Shown: positions 9,474 through 18,993, counted from the stretch's first letter. The stretch: 64,000 nt of DNA from Dehalococcoidia bacterium (GCA_965203855.1 CBDBDN010000005.1:577804-641803); one strand, 5' to 3'. Numbers and translations are program-made. The notes: a model not told the origin generated them from the letters alone.

Positions 9474-9597
9474 ACCGTCATTCCATCCTGCTGCCCGTTA
9501 TCTATACCCTTGCCCGTCTTTCACCCCTCCACCTGTCATTTATATTCTTACCCGTCATTCCCTATATGCCCCGTCATTCCGGCGCAAGCCGGAATCC
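9474..9597. repeat. family-A repeat cluster (degenerate CCGTCATT half-sites ending in a full hairpin)
   Basis: CCGTCATT-like cores at about 9475, 9513, 9532 and 9551, then CCGTCATTCCGGCGCAAGCCGGAATCC at 9571-9597. Confidence 0.75.
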
Positions 9598-9602
9598 CCC
9601 CC

Positions 9603-9653
9603 AGCCCAATCGCAAAATCCCCATTCATCCCCTTTATCCATGCCATAATAAAA
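9603..9653. repeat. family-B repeat
   Basis: CCCAATCGCAAAATCCCCATTCATCCCCTTTATCCATGCCATAA. Confidence 0.7.
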
Positions 9654-9775
9654 GCCCCATCCCGTCCATCCCGTCCAGCGGCGTCAAAAACTCCGGCCTA
9701 CCCGGAACGGGACGCAGTGGTACAATTCGGAAAACGCCCGGCTGGCAAAACCCGGTTGCGGAGGATACCCCTATT

Positions 9776-11437
9776 ATGTCGTCAAGCAAGCAGGAATGGC
9801 GCGATTCTACTCTGGCCCGCGTTACCGGACGCTTTCCGGAACGCCGCGACGCCTTTGCCACCGACTCCGGCCTGCCCCTGGACACCGTGTACGCCCCCGA
9901 GGACCGGGAAGCCCGCGCCGCCCATTTCGCCGACGCCATCGGCTACCCCGGCGAATTCCCCTATACCCGCGGCGTCCAGCCCAATATGTACCGCGGCCGC
10001 ATCTGGACCATGCGCCAGTACGCCGGCTATTCCACTGCCGCCGCTACCAATGAACGCTACCGCTACCTGCTGGACAACGGGCAGACCGGCCTCTCCGTCG
10101 CCTTTGACCTGCCGACCCAGATTGGCTACGACAGCGACCATCCGCTGGCTCAGGGCGAAGTCGGCAAGGTCGGCGTCCCCATCTGCTCGCTGGCCGATAT
10201 GGAAACCCTGTTTGACGGCATCCCCCTGGATCGGGTCAGCACTTCAATGACCATCAACGCTACTGCGCCGGCTCTGCTCTGCCTCTACATCGCCGCCGGC
10301 AAGCGGCAGGGCGTCAATCCCGGCCAATTGAGCGGCACTATCCAGAACGACATTCTGAAAGAGTATATTGCGCGCGGGACTTACGCCTACCCGCCGCGCC
10401 CCTCAATGCGGCTGGTAGTGGATGTTTTCAAGTACTGCGCCGAAAATGTGCCGCGCTGGAACACCATCAGCATCAGCGGCTACCATATGCGGGAGGCCGG
10501 CGCCACTGCGGTGCAGGAGCTGGCTTTCACTTTCGCCAACGCCATCGCCTATGTGCAGGCGGCGGTGGACGCCGGCCTGAAAGTGGACGACTTTGCGCCC
10601 CGCCTCTCCTTTTTCTTTGTGGCGCAGAACAACCTGTTTGAGGAAGTCGCCAAGTTCCGCGCCGCGCGCCGCCTCTGGGCCAACATTATGCGCCGCCGTT
10701 TCGGCGCCGCCGACCCCCGCTCTCTGATGCTGCGTTTCCATACTCAAACCGCCGGCGTTACCCTTACCGCCCAGCAGCCCGACAACAATGTGGTTCGCAG
10801 CACAGTACAAGCCCTGGCCGCCATAATGGGCGGCACTCAATCCCTGCACGTCAATTCCCGCGATGAGGCGTTGAGCCTGCCTACTGAGGAATCGGCGCAG
10901 CTTTCCCTCCGCACCCAGCAAATCCTGGCCCACGAAAGCGGCGCCGCCGACGTCGTGGATCCATTGGGCGGTTCCTGGTACATTGAGGATTTGACCGACC
11001 GCCTGGAGGCCGGCGCGCGGGAATACATTGACCGGATTGACGGGATGGGCGGCGCCGTCGCGGCCATTGAGGACGGCTTTCAGGTGCGGGAAATCGGCGA
11101 CGCCGCCTTTCGCCATCAGCGCGCCGTTGACGCCGGCGGACGCATCGTCGTCGGCGTCAACGAATATGTTACCGAAACTCCCCCCATTGCCGGCTTGCTG
11201 CGCGTTGACGAAACGGCGGCGGCGGAGCAAATCGCCCGTCTGAATCAACTCCGCCAAGCGCGCGACAACGCAGCGGCGCAGGCCAGCCTGGCACGCCTCG
11301 CCGCCGCCGCCCGCACCCCCGACGCCAACACCATCCCGCCCATGATGGAATGCGTCGAGAACTACGCTACCCTGGGCGAAATCTGCGGCGTCCTCCGCCA
11401 GGTATTCGGCGAATACGAACCCGCCGCCAGCTGGTAG
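9776..11437 (+). CDS. methylmalonyl-CoA mutase family, large (substrate-binding) subunit without a B12-binding domain
   Basis: ATG at 9776 (MSSSKQEW). [41 protein letters not shown] and [12 protein letters not shown] motifs. Confidence 0.85.
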   Translation: MSSSKQEWRDSTLARVTGRFPERRDAFATDSGLPLDTVYAPEDREARAAHFADAIGYPGEFPYTRGVQPNMYRGRIWTMRQYAGYSTAAATNERYRYLLDNGQTGLSVAFDLPTQIGYDSDHPLAQGEVGKVGVPICSLADMETLFDGIPLDRVSTSMTINATAPALLCLYIAAGKRQGVNPGQLSGTIQNDILKEYIARGTYAYPPRPSMRLVVDVFKYCAENVPRWNTISISGYHMREAGATAVQELAFTFANAIAYVQAAVDAGLKVDDFAPRLSFFFVAQNNLFEEVAKFRAARRLWANIMRRRFGAADPRSLMLRFHTQTAGVTLTAQQPDNNVVRSTVQALAAIMGGTQSLHVNSRDEALSLPTEESAQLSLRTQQILAHESGAADVVDPLGGSWYIEDLTDRLEAGAREYIDRIDGMGGAVAAIEDGFQVREIGDAAFRHQRAVDAGGRIVVGVNEYVTETPPIAGLLRVDETAAAEQIARLNQLRQARDNAAAQASLARLAAAARTPDANTIPPMMECVENYATLGEICGVLRQVFGEYEPAASW

Positions 11438-11440
11438 CCG

Positions 11441-11550
11441 CCAACCGTCGTTCCAACCCCCAACCGTCATTCCTACCCCCCAACCGTCATTCCTACCCCC
11501 CAACCGTCATTCCTACCCCCCAACCGTCATTCCGGCGCCAGCCGGAATCT
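11441..11550. repeat. family-A tandem array, 20-bp period, ending in a hairpin unit
   Basis: Four units of CAACCGTCATTCCTACCCCC (the first is degenerate), then CAACCGTCATTCCGGCGCCAGCCGGAATCT. Confidence 0.9.
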
Positions 11551-11592
11551 ATGGTTGCCGGTTCCGTTGCCGTTATGGGGGATTAAGACGCT

Positions 11593-11625
11593 GGATTCCG
11601 GCCTGCGCCGGAATGACGGTTGGGG
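11593..11625. repeat. family-A hairpin unit in inverted orientation
   Basis: GGATTCCGGCCTGCGCCGGAATGACGGTTGGGG. With 11521-11550 it forms an inverted pair about 42 bp apart. Confidence 0.85.
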
Positions 11626-11627
11626 TA

Positions 11628-13595
11628 CTACTCAAACTCAATGCGCGTTTCCCACAGCCGCCGCCCGACAGCAGGGATGTGCTGCCCGGTCAAAATGCTA
11701 ACGATGTCGTAATCCGGCAGTTCCTGTTCCACCACGCACCGACCAGCCGCGTCGATTAGCCCGTCATTCGGCCTGAAACCGAGGAAGTCATAGTTATCAA
11801 ACCCGTACTCAACGGCAGCCGGGCGCAAATCCCCCGCATCTGCCGGCACAATATGCAGGAAAAAGTCGGCGGCAATATGTACCGGCAAGCAGTTGTCCCG
11901 GGAGTACCGCAGCGCTCCGACGGCAGTGCGTTCCACCGCAAAGCCCCAATCCAGCGTAAGCCGAGCCCGCCACAGCATATCCCCCGTTTCGCCATACTGC
12001 CCGGTCAAAACGGTCGCAATGCCATAATCCGGCAGCTCGTACTCTACTACACACCGGCCGGCGGCGTCTATCGTTCCGCCATCCCGGTCAAAACCGAAGT
12101 CATAGCTGTTATAGCCGGGAGCGGCCCCGCCCGGCAGCAAATCGGCGGCATCCACCGGCGCAATCCGCACGAAAAAAGGCGCTGCGGTATCAGCCGGACG
12201 GCAGTCATCCTTGGCATAACGCAACATACCATCGTCCGTGACCAACACATCAAAATACAGCTTGTTGACCGTGCGGACAGGCGAGAGTTCCTGCGCTACC
12301 ACATCCAGTGCCGTATCAGCAGCCATATCTACCCCCGCCCGCCCCCGACTTTCATAGACGCCAAATCCGGCCCGCTTCCACAAAGCCGGCTCCAGATGCT
12401 GCACCATACTCGCGGCCAGCAGTTCGTTGCCACGCGCGTTGAGATGGCAGCAGTCGTCTTTGTAGAGCGTTTCCCGGTTGTCGGCAAAGATCCGCGTCAG
12501 GTCATAGTAGTTAATACCCCGTTGGCGCAGTTCATCGCCCAGCCGCCGCCGCAGCTGGGAAGTATCGGGGTAGGCCCGCAGCGCCCGTTTTTGGGAATTG
12601 TAACAGCAATCCAGTTCCAGGTCGCTGAGCGGTTTGGAATCCGGCACATATTGATTAGGCTGCTGAAAATGATAATACTCGGCGCCGGCAGTGCGGCTCA
12701 AGTTGTCCAGCAACACGGAACTCCGATACCAGACCCGCAGCGCCATGCTGGACAGCTCATATTCATCGGGCACAATGGGCAGAACCGGGCCGTAGCGATG
12801 CAAGGTGTACTCGCTGGACAAAGCATCGGACAGTTCGTGGTTCAGGTACAATATCTGCGTAGCGGCGCTTTCCCGGAGATAACGATTGACGATGCCGTAG
12901 AGGGCCGACCACCGCCAAGGTTCCGCCGCCGCGCTGGCGGCAAGCCGCTCCTCACGCTGGCGCAGCGTATAGATGCGGCTGAGCGTCAGTTTCTGCGCGT
13001 CGGTGGGACTCTGATGCAACAGATGCCATAAGTGGGGAAAGAATGGGGATACTCCATCATCGTAGTAGTTTCGGAGTGCGAATATCAATTCGTTGTAGCC
13101 GTCCAGGTTGACTATGATGTCATATTCGCCGCCCAGAGACAGAGTATTGGAGATCTGCATTACCTGTTGGGGCTGTTTCATCGCAGGGCCGGCCAGCCCC
13201 AGCACTACCGGCCGCAGCGGAATGCCGTTGTCTCGAAACCAAACCGCCAGCGCATTCGCGAAGGCCGCAGTAACTCTCTGCCCTACCGAACCGCCTACCA
13301 GCCCAATCAGTACGACGCCGTCCTGCCGGCGCGGCGGTGGCACCCGGTTACTCACGTGATCCGCCTCTACTCGCGTATAGCCGTAATACGGATGTTCGGC
13401 CCGCTCAAAACCCGCCGTCGGAAAGAGTTCCACATCCTCCGCCGCATCCCCGACCGTCGGCTGCGGCCGGGACGGCCCGCCCCCATTAAACTCGCCGTAA
13501 GCAATCAGGTAAGCCGCCTGCGCCATCCCCTCAATGACCAGCAGCGTCATCACTGCCATTATGCAATAAAAGCTGATTCGCTTAATTAGGCCCAT
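11628..13595 (-). CDS. membrane-anchored hypothetical protein with a possible SGNH-like core and two C-terminal repeat domains
   Basis: N-terminal TM (ISFYCIMAVMTLLVIEG) from the ATG at 13595. DDCCHLNARGNELLA resembles SGNH/GDSL block V. Two about 95-aa internal repeats each end AAGRCVVExELPDYxI. Confidence 0.5.
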   Translation of the reverse strand: MGLIKRISFYCIMAVMTLLVIEGMAQAAYLIAYGEFNGGGPSRPQPTVGDAAEDVELFPTAGFERAEHPYYGYTRVEADHVSNRVPPPRRQDGVVLIGLVGGSVGQRVTAAFANALAVWFRDNGIPLRPVVLGLAGPAMKQPQQVMQISNTLSLGGEYDIIVNLDGYNELIFALRNYYDDGVSPFFPHLWHLLHQSPTDAQKLTLSRIYTLRQREERLAASAAAEPWRWSALYGIVNRYLRESAATQILYLNHELSDALSSEYTLHRYGPVLPIVPDEYELSSMALRVWYRSSVLLDNLSRTAGAEYYHFQQPNQYVPDSKPLSDLELDCCYNSQKRALRAYPDTSQLRRRLGDELRQRGINYYDLTRIFADNRETLYKDDCCHLNARGNELLAASMVQHLEPALWKRAGFGVYESRGRAGVDMAADTALDVVAQELSPVRTVNKLYFDVLVTDDGMLRYAKDDCRPADTAAPFFVRIAPVDAADLLPGGAAPGYNSYDFGFDRDGGTIDAAGRCVVEYELPDYGIATVLTGQYGETGDMLWRARLTLDWGFAVERTAVGALRYSRDNCLPVHIAADFFLHIVPADAGDLRPAAVEYGFDNYDFLGFRPNDGLIDAAGRCVVEQELPDYDIVSILTGQHIPAVGRRLWETRIEFE

Positions 13596-13610
13596 ATTCA
13601 CACCCCAACG

Positions 13611-13674
13611 CCCCAACCGCCATTCCGAACCTATACGCCGTCATTCCGGCGCAAGCCGGAATCCACTCCCCTGC
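13611..13674. repeat. family-A repeat (half-site plus hairpin)
   Basis: CCGCCATTCCGAACC..CCGTCATTCCGGCGCAAGCCGGAATCC. Confidence 0.8.
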
Positions 13675-13691
13675 CTGCCGCCCGCTACCGT

Positions 13692-15347
13692 TTAGCGACT
13701 GGCCGGAGCGTCCGGGTGCCCCACGCGCACCGCAATAACATCCATACCGTGATACTGCTGATGCCGCACCGACATTGCGTAACTCCGCAGCAGCCGCAGC
13801 GACAGCTCCTCCTCCTCCGGCGCCTCCTCATCGTACTGCTGCAACTGCCGTATCCGATCCTCAATGTTCTCATCGTTGCCGCCGCCGATAAACTCCAGGT
13901 CGGCTACCGCGCCCTCGCTGGATGCCACTACTACCAGCTGGCGTTCCTCTTTGGCGGCGTCATCGGCGTCCGGTTCGTCATCGTCCAGAATGGACTCCAA
14001 GTCCAGCGGCGCCAGCGTCAGCAGCGTTTCCTCGGCTACCGCGCTCAGGCGGTCTTTCATCGCGGCGTCCCAGCCCCGCCGGTCGGCGAACCGCGCCATA
14101 AAAGCGTTCAGCTCCGGCAGCGCGTCAATATGCAGCGGCGACCGGAACCGCATACTGCGCGGGTTCGTCAACTCCAGATACAGGATTAGCGCAATGGCCG
14201 AAAAGCCTCCGGTGGTAACGCCGCTGCTCAGCAGCGCATTCCCCACCGCCCCCAGGTCCGGCAGCGCAAACAGGTCAAACTGAAACGCCGCCCCAATCCA
14301 AAAGCAGATGCCCGCCGCAATCACTTTCTGACGGTTCTGCTCGGTTTGGATTACAGTACGCGCGCCGTCCACAAACAGCGTCCCCGTTACTACCACCAGA
14401 TAGCCCGCCAGCACCGGCCCCGGTATGCCGCTTAACAGCCCGGATACTTTCGGCAGAAAGGCTACCAGTATCAATATGGCGCCAATGCAGTAGCCCATCC
14501 GCCGCGCCGCCACCCCCGTAATTTGCGTAAAGGCCACAATGCCCGGATGGATAATCGTCGGCACCGCCCCGGCGATGCCGGCCAGCAGGTTGCTGACGCC
14601 GGCGCCGGCCAGTCCCCGCTGCACCTGCCGAAAGTCAACGGCGCGCTGCTCCCGATGCGCTACCCGCTGCTGCGCGATGGCTTCCCCGTTGGCCTGGATG
14701 GATATAATCACCCCCAGAAACAGAAAGGCCGGCAGCAGCGTCCAGAACGATACGCCGAAGTCCACTCCCACCCCCGGCCATTCCTGCGGGATGCCCACCC
14801 ACGGCGCGCGCAGCGCCGGCCCGAAATCGTAAATGCCAAAGGCAATGGCGACGACGCAGCCGCCCACTATGCCAATCAGCGGCGCCCACAATCGCAGCGC
14901 CGGCGACGCCCGCAGCGTCAGCACTACCACAATGACCAGCGTAACCAGCGCCGTCAGCGGCGCGGCCACCGGCTCTTTTATCGCTTCCTCGTCCAGCAGG
15001 TCAAACACTACCGACGCCAGCGTAACGGAAAGTATCATCATCACCGTGCCGCCCACCGTGGGCGTTACGATGCGCCGCAGGATAAACAGCCAGCGGGATA
15101 TGACAATCTGCGTTATTGCCGAAACGATAATCAGCGTGGTCAGCGTAGCCGGCGTGCCGTCCACCAGCGCCGTAATGCAGAACGGTATCGTGAAAGCGGC
15201 GGTGAATATCGGCAGGACGGCCCCGGCCCCTACCGGCCCCAGCCGGCGCACCTGGATCAGCGTCGCTACCCCCACCACCAGCAGCGAGGCGAACACCATC
15301 CACACCAGATAAGCGTCGCCCCGGCCCGACGCCTTGGCCACCACCAC
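13692..15347 (-). CDS. NCS2-family nucleobase (xanthine/uracil) permease fused to an acidic cytoplasmic C-terminal domain; N-terminus uncertain
   Basis: Polytopic membrane profile with an FTQITGVAARRMGY segment resembling the NCS2 signature region, plus a C-terminal 150-aa acidic soluble domain. The frame stays open and protein-like upstream to about 15470 without a canonical start. Confidence 0.65.
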   Translation of the reverse strand: MVVAKASGRGDAYLVWMVFASLLVVGVATLIQVRRLGPVGAGAVLPIFTAAFTIPFCITALVDGTPATLTTLIIVSAITQIVISRWLFILRRIVTPTVGGTVMMILSVTLASVVFDLLDEEAIKEPVAAPLTALVTLVIVVVLTLRASPALRLWAPLIGIVGGCVVAIAFGIYDFGPALRAPWVGIPQEWPGVGVDFGVSFWTLLPAFLFLGVIISIQANGEAIAQQRVAHREQRAVDFRQVQRGLAGAGVSNLLAGIAGAVPTIIHPGIVAFTQITGVAARRMGYCIGAILILVAFLPKVSGLLSGIPGPVLAGYLVVVTGTLFVDGARTVIQTEQNRQKVIAAGICFWIGAAFQFDLFALPDLGAVGNALLSSGVTTGGFSAIALILYLELTNPRSMRFRSPLHIDALPELNAFMARFADRRGWDAAMKDRLSAVAEETLLTLAPLDLESILDDDEPDADDAAKEERQLVVVASSEGAVADLEFIGGGNDENIEDRIRQLQQYDEEAPEEEELSLRLLRSYAMSVRHQQYHGMDVIAVRVGHPDAPASR

Positions 15348-15670
15348 CGGCGTTACCAGCAGGGCGGCAGAGGCAATCAGGCTGAACTGCGCGGCAAGGC
15401 CCAGCGATTTCAGCGGCGGCGGCGCCTCGTCCGCTTCATAGCGGGGATTCTGCGATACGGATGCCGTAAGACTGCCTCCCGGTCAGCAAGGTTGAGCGCG
15501 TCGGACTCTCCCGGCCCGGCTGCCGCACTGCAACACAGCCGCCGCCGCAATTACAGCGGCTGCGACTATGGTACAATTGCGGTTGACTGCCGAACCGCAA
15601 ATCACGGCCGGCCGACAACGCCCGCCGCAGTCTATCAATGCCAACCCGGTATAGTCAAACCTACTCCAGC

Positions 15671-15932
15671 CAACCGTCATTCCGAACCCCTAACCGTCAT
15701 TCCGGACCCCCAAACCGTCATTCCGAACCCCTAACCGTCATTCCAACCCCTAACCGTCATTCCAACCCCTAACCGTCATTCCAACCCCTAACCGTCATTC
15801 CAACCCCTAACCGTCATTCCAACCCCTAACCGTCATTCCAACCCCTAACCGTCATTCCAACCCCTAACCGTCATTCCAACCCCTAACCGTCATTCCAACC
15901 CCTAACCGTCATTGCGGCGCAAGCCGGAATCC
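15671..15932. repeat. family-A tandem array, 13 units (last 10 with an exact 19-bp period), ending in a hairpin unit
   Basis: AACCGTCATTCCAACCCCT repeated head to tail, ending CCGTCATTGCGGCGCAAGCCGGAATCC. Confidence 0.95.
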
Positions 15933-16058
15933 AATCCCTGCATCCAAGCACCCCGGCCTGCGCCGCAATATCGGACTTATCCCTATACCGACTAAAACGG
16001 AACCCCGCCATCCGAATGAACTTGCGGCGGTACTCAACCCCATCTCCGGAGGTCTCTC

Positions 16059-17213
16059 GTGATTGACCTGATGCTTACCGAATCGGAAAAGATGCTGCAA
16101 AATATGGTGCGGGATTTCGCCGAGCGCGAAGTAATGCCCCGCAGCGCCGAACTGGACGAAAAGGCCGAATTTTCTTGGGACAACTGGCGCGGCATGGCCC
16201 GGCTCGGACTTGCCGGCGTTGGCGTTGACCCGGCCTATGGCGGCAGCGGCGGCGGATTCCGCCAGTCCTCCATCGCCATCTCCGAAATCGCCCGCGCCGA
16301 CGCCGCCGCCAGCGTTTCCCTCGCCGCCCATCTCGGCCTCGGCCTGGAAACCATCGCCCGCTTCGGCAACGAGGAGCAGAAACAGCAGTACCTGCCCTCC
16401 CTGGCGTCCGGCGACGGCATCGCCGCCTGGGCGCTCACCGAGCCGGGCAGTGGCTCCGACGCCGCCGCTATGGCCACCGTCGCCGCCCGCCGCAACGGCT
16501 CCTGGGTGCTGAACGGCTCCAAGCAGTTCATCACCAACGCCGAAGTTGCCGAAACGCTCGTCGTGTTCGCCAATCAGGACCGTTCCGCCGGCTACCGGGG
16601 CGTCTGCGCCTTTATCGTTCCCGCCGGCACTCCCGGAATGCAGATTAACCCGCAGCACAACAAAATGGGTATCCGGGCCTCCAGCACCTGCGAAATCGTC
16701 TTTGAGGACGCTGAAATCCCCGCCGACAACATCATCGGCGAGCCGGGCATGGGCTTCCGCTACGCAATGGACATCCTGGACTCCAGCCGCATCTCCATTG
16801 CCGCCCAGTGCGTTGGCATCGGCCAGGCCGCTTTGGAGGAAGCCGTGCGCTACGCCCAGCTGCGGGAAAGTTTCGGCAAGCCGCTGGCCCAGCACCAGGC
16901 AATCCAGTTCAAGCTGGCCGACATCGCCGCCGCCGTCCATTCGGCGCGCATTGCTACGATGCACGCCGCTACTCTGCGCGACGATGGCCTGCCGTTCATC
17001 AACGAAGCGTCTATGGCCAAACTGCTGGCGTCCGAAATGTGCAACAACGCCGCCTACGAAGCGATGCAGATACACGGCGGCATCGGCTATTTCAAGGAAT
17101 CCCGCATTGAACGCATTTTCCGCGACGCCCGCGTAACCACCATCTACGAAGGCACTTCCGAAGTGCAGCGCATGATTATCGCCCGCCAGGTACTGGCGCA
17201 GTACCCGGTATAA
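16059..17213 (+). CDS. acyl-CoA dehydrogenase
   Basis: 384 aa. ALTEPGSGSD, QFITNA and IYEGTSEVQR motifs. Confidence 0.9.
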   Translation: MIDLMLTESEKMLQNMVRDFAEREVMPRSAELDEKAEFSWDNWRGMARLGLAGVGVDPAYGGSGGGFRQSSIAISEIARADAAASVSLAAHLGLGLETIARFGNEEQKQQYLPSLASGDGIAAWALTEPGSGSDAAAMATVAARRNGSWVLNGSKQFITNAEVAETLVVFANQDRSAGYRGVCAFIVPAGTPGMQINPQHNKMGIRASSTCEIVFEDAEIPADNIIGEPGMGFRYAMDILDSSRISIAAQCVGIGQAALEEAVRYAQLRESFGKPLAQHQAIQFKLADIAAAVHSARIATMHAATLRDDGLPFINEASMAKLLASEMCNNAAYEAMQIHGGIGYFKESRIERIFRDARVTTIYEGTSEVQRMIIARQVLAQYPV

Positions 17214-17229
17214 ACGCCGCCGCAATCCC

Positions 17230-17447
17230 CCATCCCGTCATTCGTCTTACGCCGGAAACCCAGTGCCATCCCCCCAAATCCGTCATTCCGGCGCCAGCCG
17301 AAATCCAAAGCCGCATCTCTCCCATCCCGTCATTCGTCTTACGCCGGAAACCCAGCGCCATCGCCCCAACTTCGTCATTCCGGCGCAGGCCGGAAACCAA
17401 AGCCGCATCTCCCCCATCCCGTCATTCCGGCGCAAGCCGGAATCCAG
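17230..17447. repeat. tandem 92-bp composite repeat (2 full units plus 1 partial), each built from two family-A-like hairpins
   Basis: Units at 17230-17321 and 17322-17413, partial unit at 17414-17447. Each unit contains CCGTCATTCGTCTTACGCCGGAAAC and CGTCATTCCGGCGCxxGCCGxAAxC. Confidence 0.85.
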
Positions 17448-17474
17448 CCCCCTGCGATAGAAAGGACAACCACA

Positions 17475-17885
17475 ATGCCCGAAGTTTGCGCCGTCAACTA
17501 TGTTGACCACGTCGGCATCGCCGTCAGCGACATCCGCGCCGCCCTGCATTTCTTTGGCGCCAACTTCGGCACGCCGGACGCCGCCATCGTTGACCTGGAC
17601 GACCAGGGCGTCCGCGCCTGCCTCATCGCAGTCGGGGAAACCCGTCTGGAGCTGTTGCAGCCCCTGTCCCCCGAAAGCGCCGTCGGCCGCTTCATAGAAC
17701 GCCGCGGCGAGGGGCTGCATCATCTTGCCCTGAATGTCAACGACATCGCCGGCAAACTGCAAATCCTTTCCGACAGCGGCTTGTCGCTGATTGACGCCGC
17801 GCCCCGGCATGGACTGTCGGGAACCATCGGTTTTGTGCATCCCCGTTCCGTGTTCGGCGTGCTTACCGAACTGGTGGAAAACTAG
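17475..17885 (+). CDS. mce: methylmalonyl-CoA epimerase (VOC superfamily)
   Basis: 136 aa. VDHVGIAVSDI, LELLQP and GEGLHHLAL motifs. Confidence 0.85.
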   Translation: MPEVCAVNYVDHVGIAVSDIRAALHFFGANFGTPDAAIVDLDDQGVRACLIAVGETRLELLQPLSPESAVGRFIERRGEGLHHLALNVNDIAGKLQILSDSGLSLIDAAPRHGLSGTIGFVHPRSVFGVLTELVEN

Positions 17886-17921
17886 CCGCCGCCGGCCCCG
17901 CCGCCAGTCCAGGATACAATC

Positions 17922-18968
17922 GTGCCGGCGCACGTAGTCTATGGCGATACCTTTCTGGTCGCCCGCCAGGCGCAGCGCATCCGCCAGGAAGCCGGCGCCG
18001 CCGACTTGATGGAATCCAACCGGCAGCGCGTGGCGGCGGCCCAGTCCCAACCCGCCGCAACGCTGGCAATGTGCCAGTCGCTCCCCTTTCTGGAACCCAT
18101 CCGACTGGTCGAAATAGAGGGCGCGCTGGCTACCCAGGAAAACGCCGGCGGCGGACGCAGCAGCAGCAGTTCCGCATCCCGCAGCCGGGGCGCCGGAACC
18201 GGATCCGGCGCCGGACGGCAGCGCAACTCCGGCGCCGCTACCGGCTGGACGCAGCTGGCCGAAGCCATCCCCCAACTGCCCGACAGTACTCTGCTGATTT
18301 TCACCGACGGCGACATCGGCGCGCGCAACCCGCTGCTGCGCGCCCTGTCCGCAACGGCAACTATCCATCGCCAAACTGCCCCGTCCGGCGCGGATTTGGA
18401 CCGCTGGATTAAGCAGACGGCATCGGAACACGGCGCCGCCATCACGCCGCCGGCCGTCCGCGCTCTCAACGAAATGGTAGGCGGCGACCTGTGGACGCTG
18501 GATCGGGAACTTGCCAAGCTGTCGCTGTACGCCGCCGGCCGGGAAATCGGCGAGCCGGATGTCCGCGCCCTGGTGCCTTACGCGCCGGACACCAACATAT
18601 TCGCCGCCGTGGACGCCATCATTGACCGGCGCCCCGGCGATGCGCTGCGGCTGCTTACGCAGCTGATGCGCGAGGGCCGCGAACCCCTCTATCTGATTGC
18701 AATGATTGAACGCCAGCTGCGGCTGATGGCGCTGGCCCGCGACCTCGCCGACCGGGGCGTGCCGCAAGGCGAAATGGGCCGGCGTATGGGCACTAATTCC
18801 GATTTCGTCGTCCGCAAAACCCTGGGCCAAGCCCGCCGCGCCAACTTGCCCGCCATCGCCCGAATGTACCGCCGCGCCCTCCGCTGCGACCTGGACATCA
18901 AAACCGGGCGCATGGAGCCCGAAGTATCACTAGAACTGCTGGTTGCCGATTTGACGACGGGCGCATAA
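17922..18968 (+). CDS. holA: DNA polymerase III delta subunit with a Ser/Gly/Arg-rich insertion
   Basis: Overall delta-subunit-like pattern (YGDTFLV, LLIFTDGDIG, GGDLWTLDRELAKLSLY, ALRCDLDIKTG). GTG start. Confidence 0.7.
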   Translation: MPAHVVYGDTFLVARQAQRIRQEAGAADLMESNRQRVAAAQSQPAATLAMCQSLPFLEPIRLVEIEGALATQENAGGGRSSSSSASRSRGAGTGSGAGRQRNSGAATGWTQLAEAIPQLPDSTLLIFTDGDIGARNPLLRALSATATIHRQTAPSGADLDRWIKQTASEHGAAITPPAVRALNEMVGGDLWTLDRELAKLSLYAAGREIGEPDVRALVPYAPDTNIFAAVDAIIDRRPGDALRLLTQLMREGREPLYLIAMIERQLRLMALARDLADRGVPQGEMGRRMGTNSDFVVRKTLGQARRANLPAIARMYRRALRCDLDIKTGRMEPEVSLELLVADLTTGA

Positions 18969-18993
18969 ACTCGGCGGGCGTGTCCGGGGGTAA

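Noticed and set aside
9420-9775. Cobalamin riboswitch upstream of the B12-dependent mutase subunit.
   Set aside because: No B12-box-like element or conserved core could be recognised by eye. The region is largely occupied by family-A/B repeats.
15671-15932. Short-period tandem arrays (19-22 bp) considered as CRISPR or other guide-RNA arrays.
   Set aside because: The units are head to tail with no unique spacers, the period is far shorter than a CRISPR repeat plus spacer, the units within an array are nearly identical, and no cas-like genes are present in the window.
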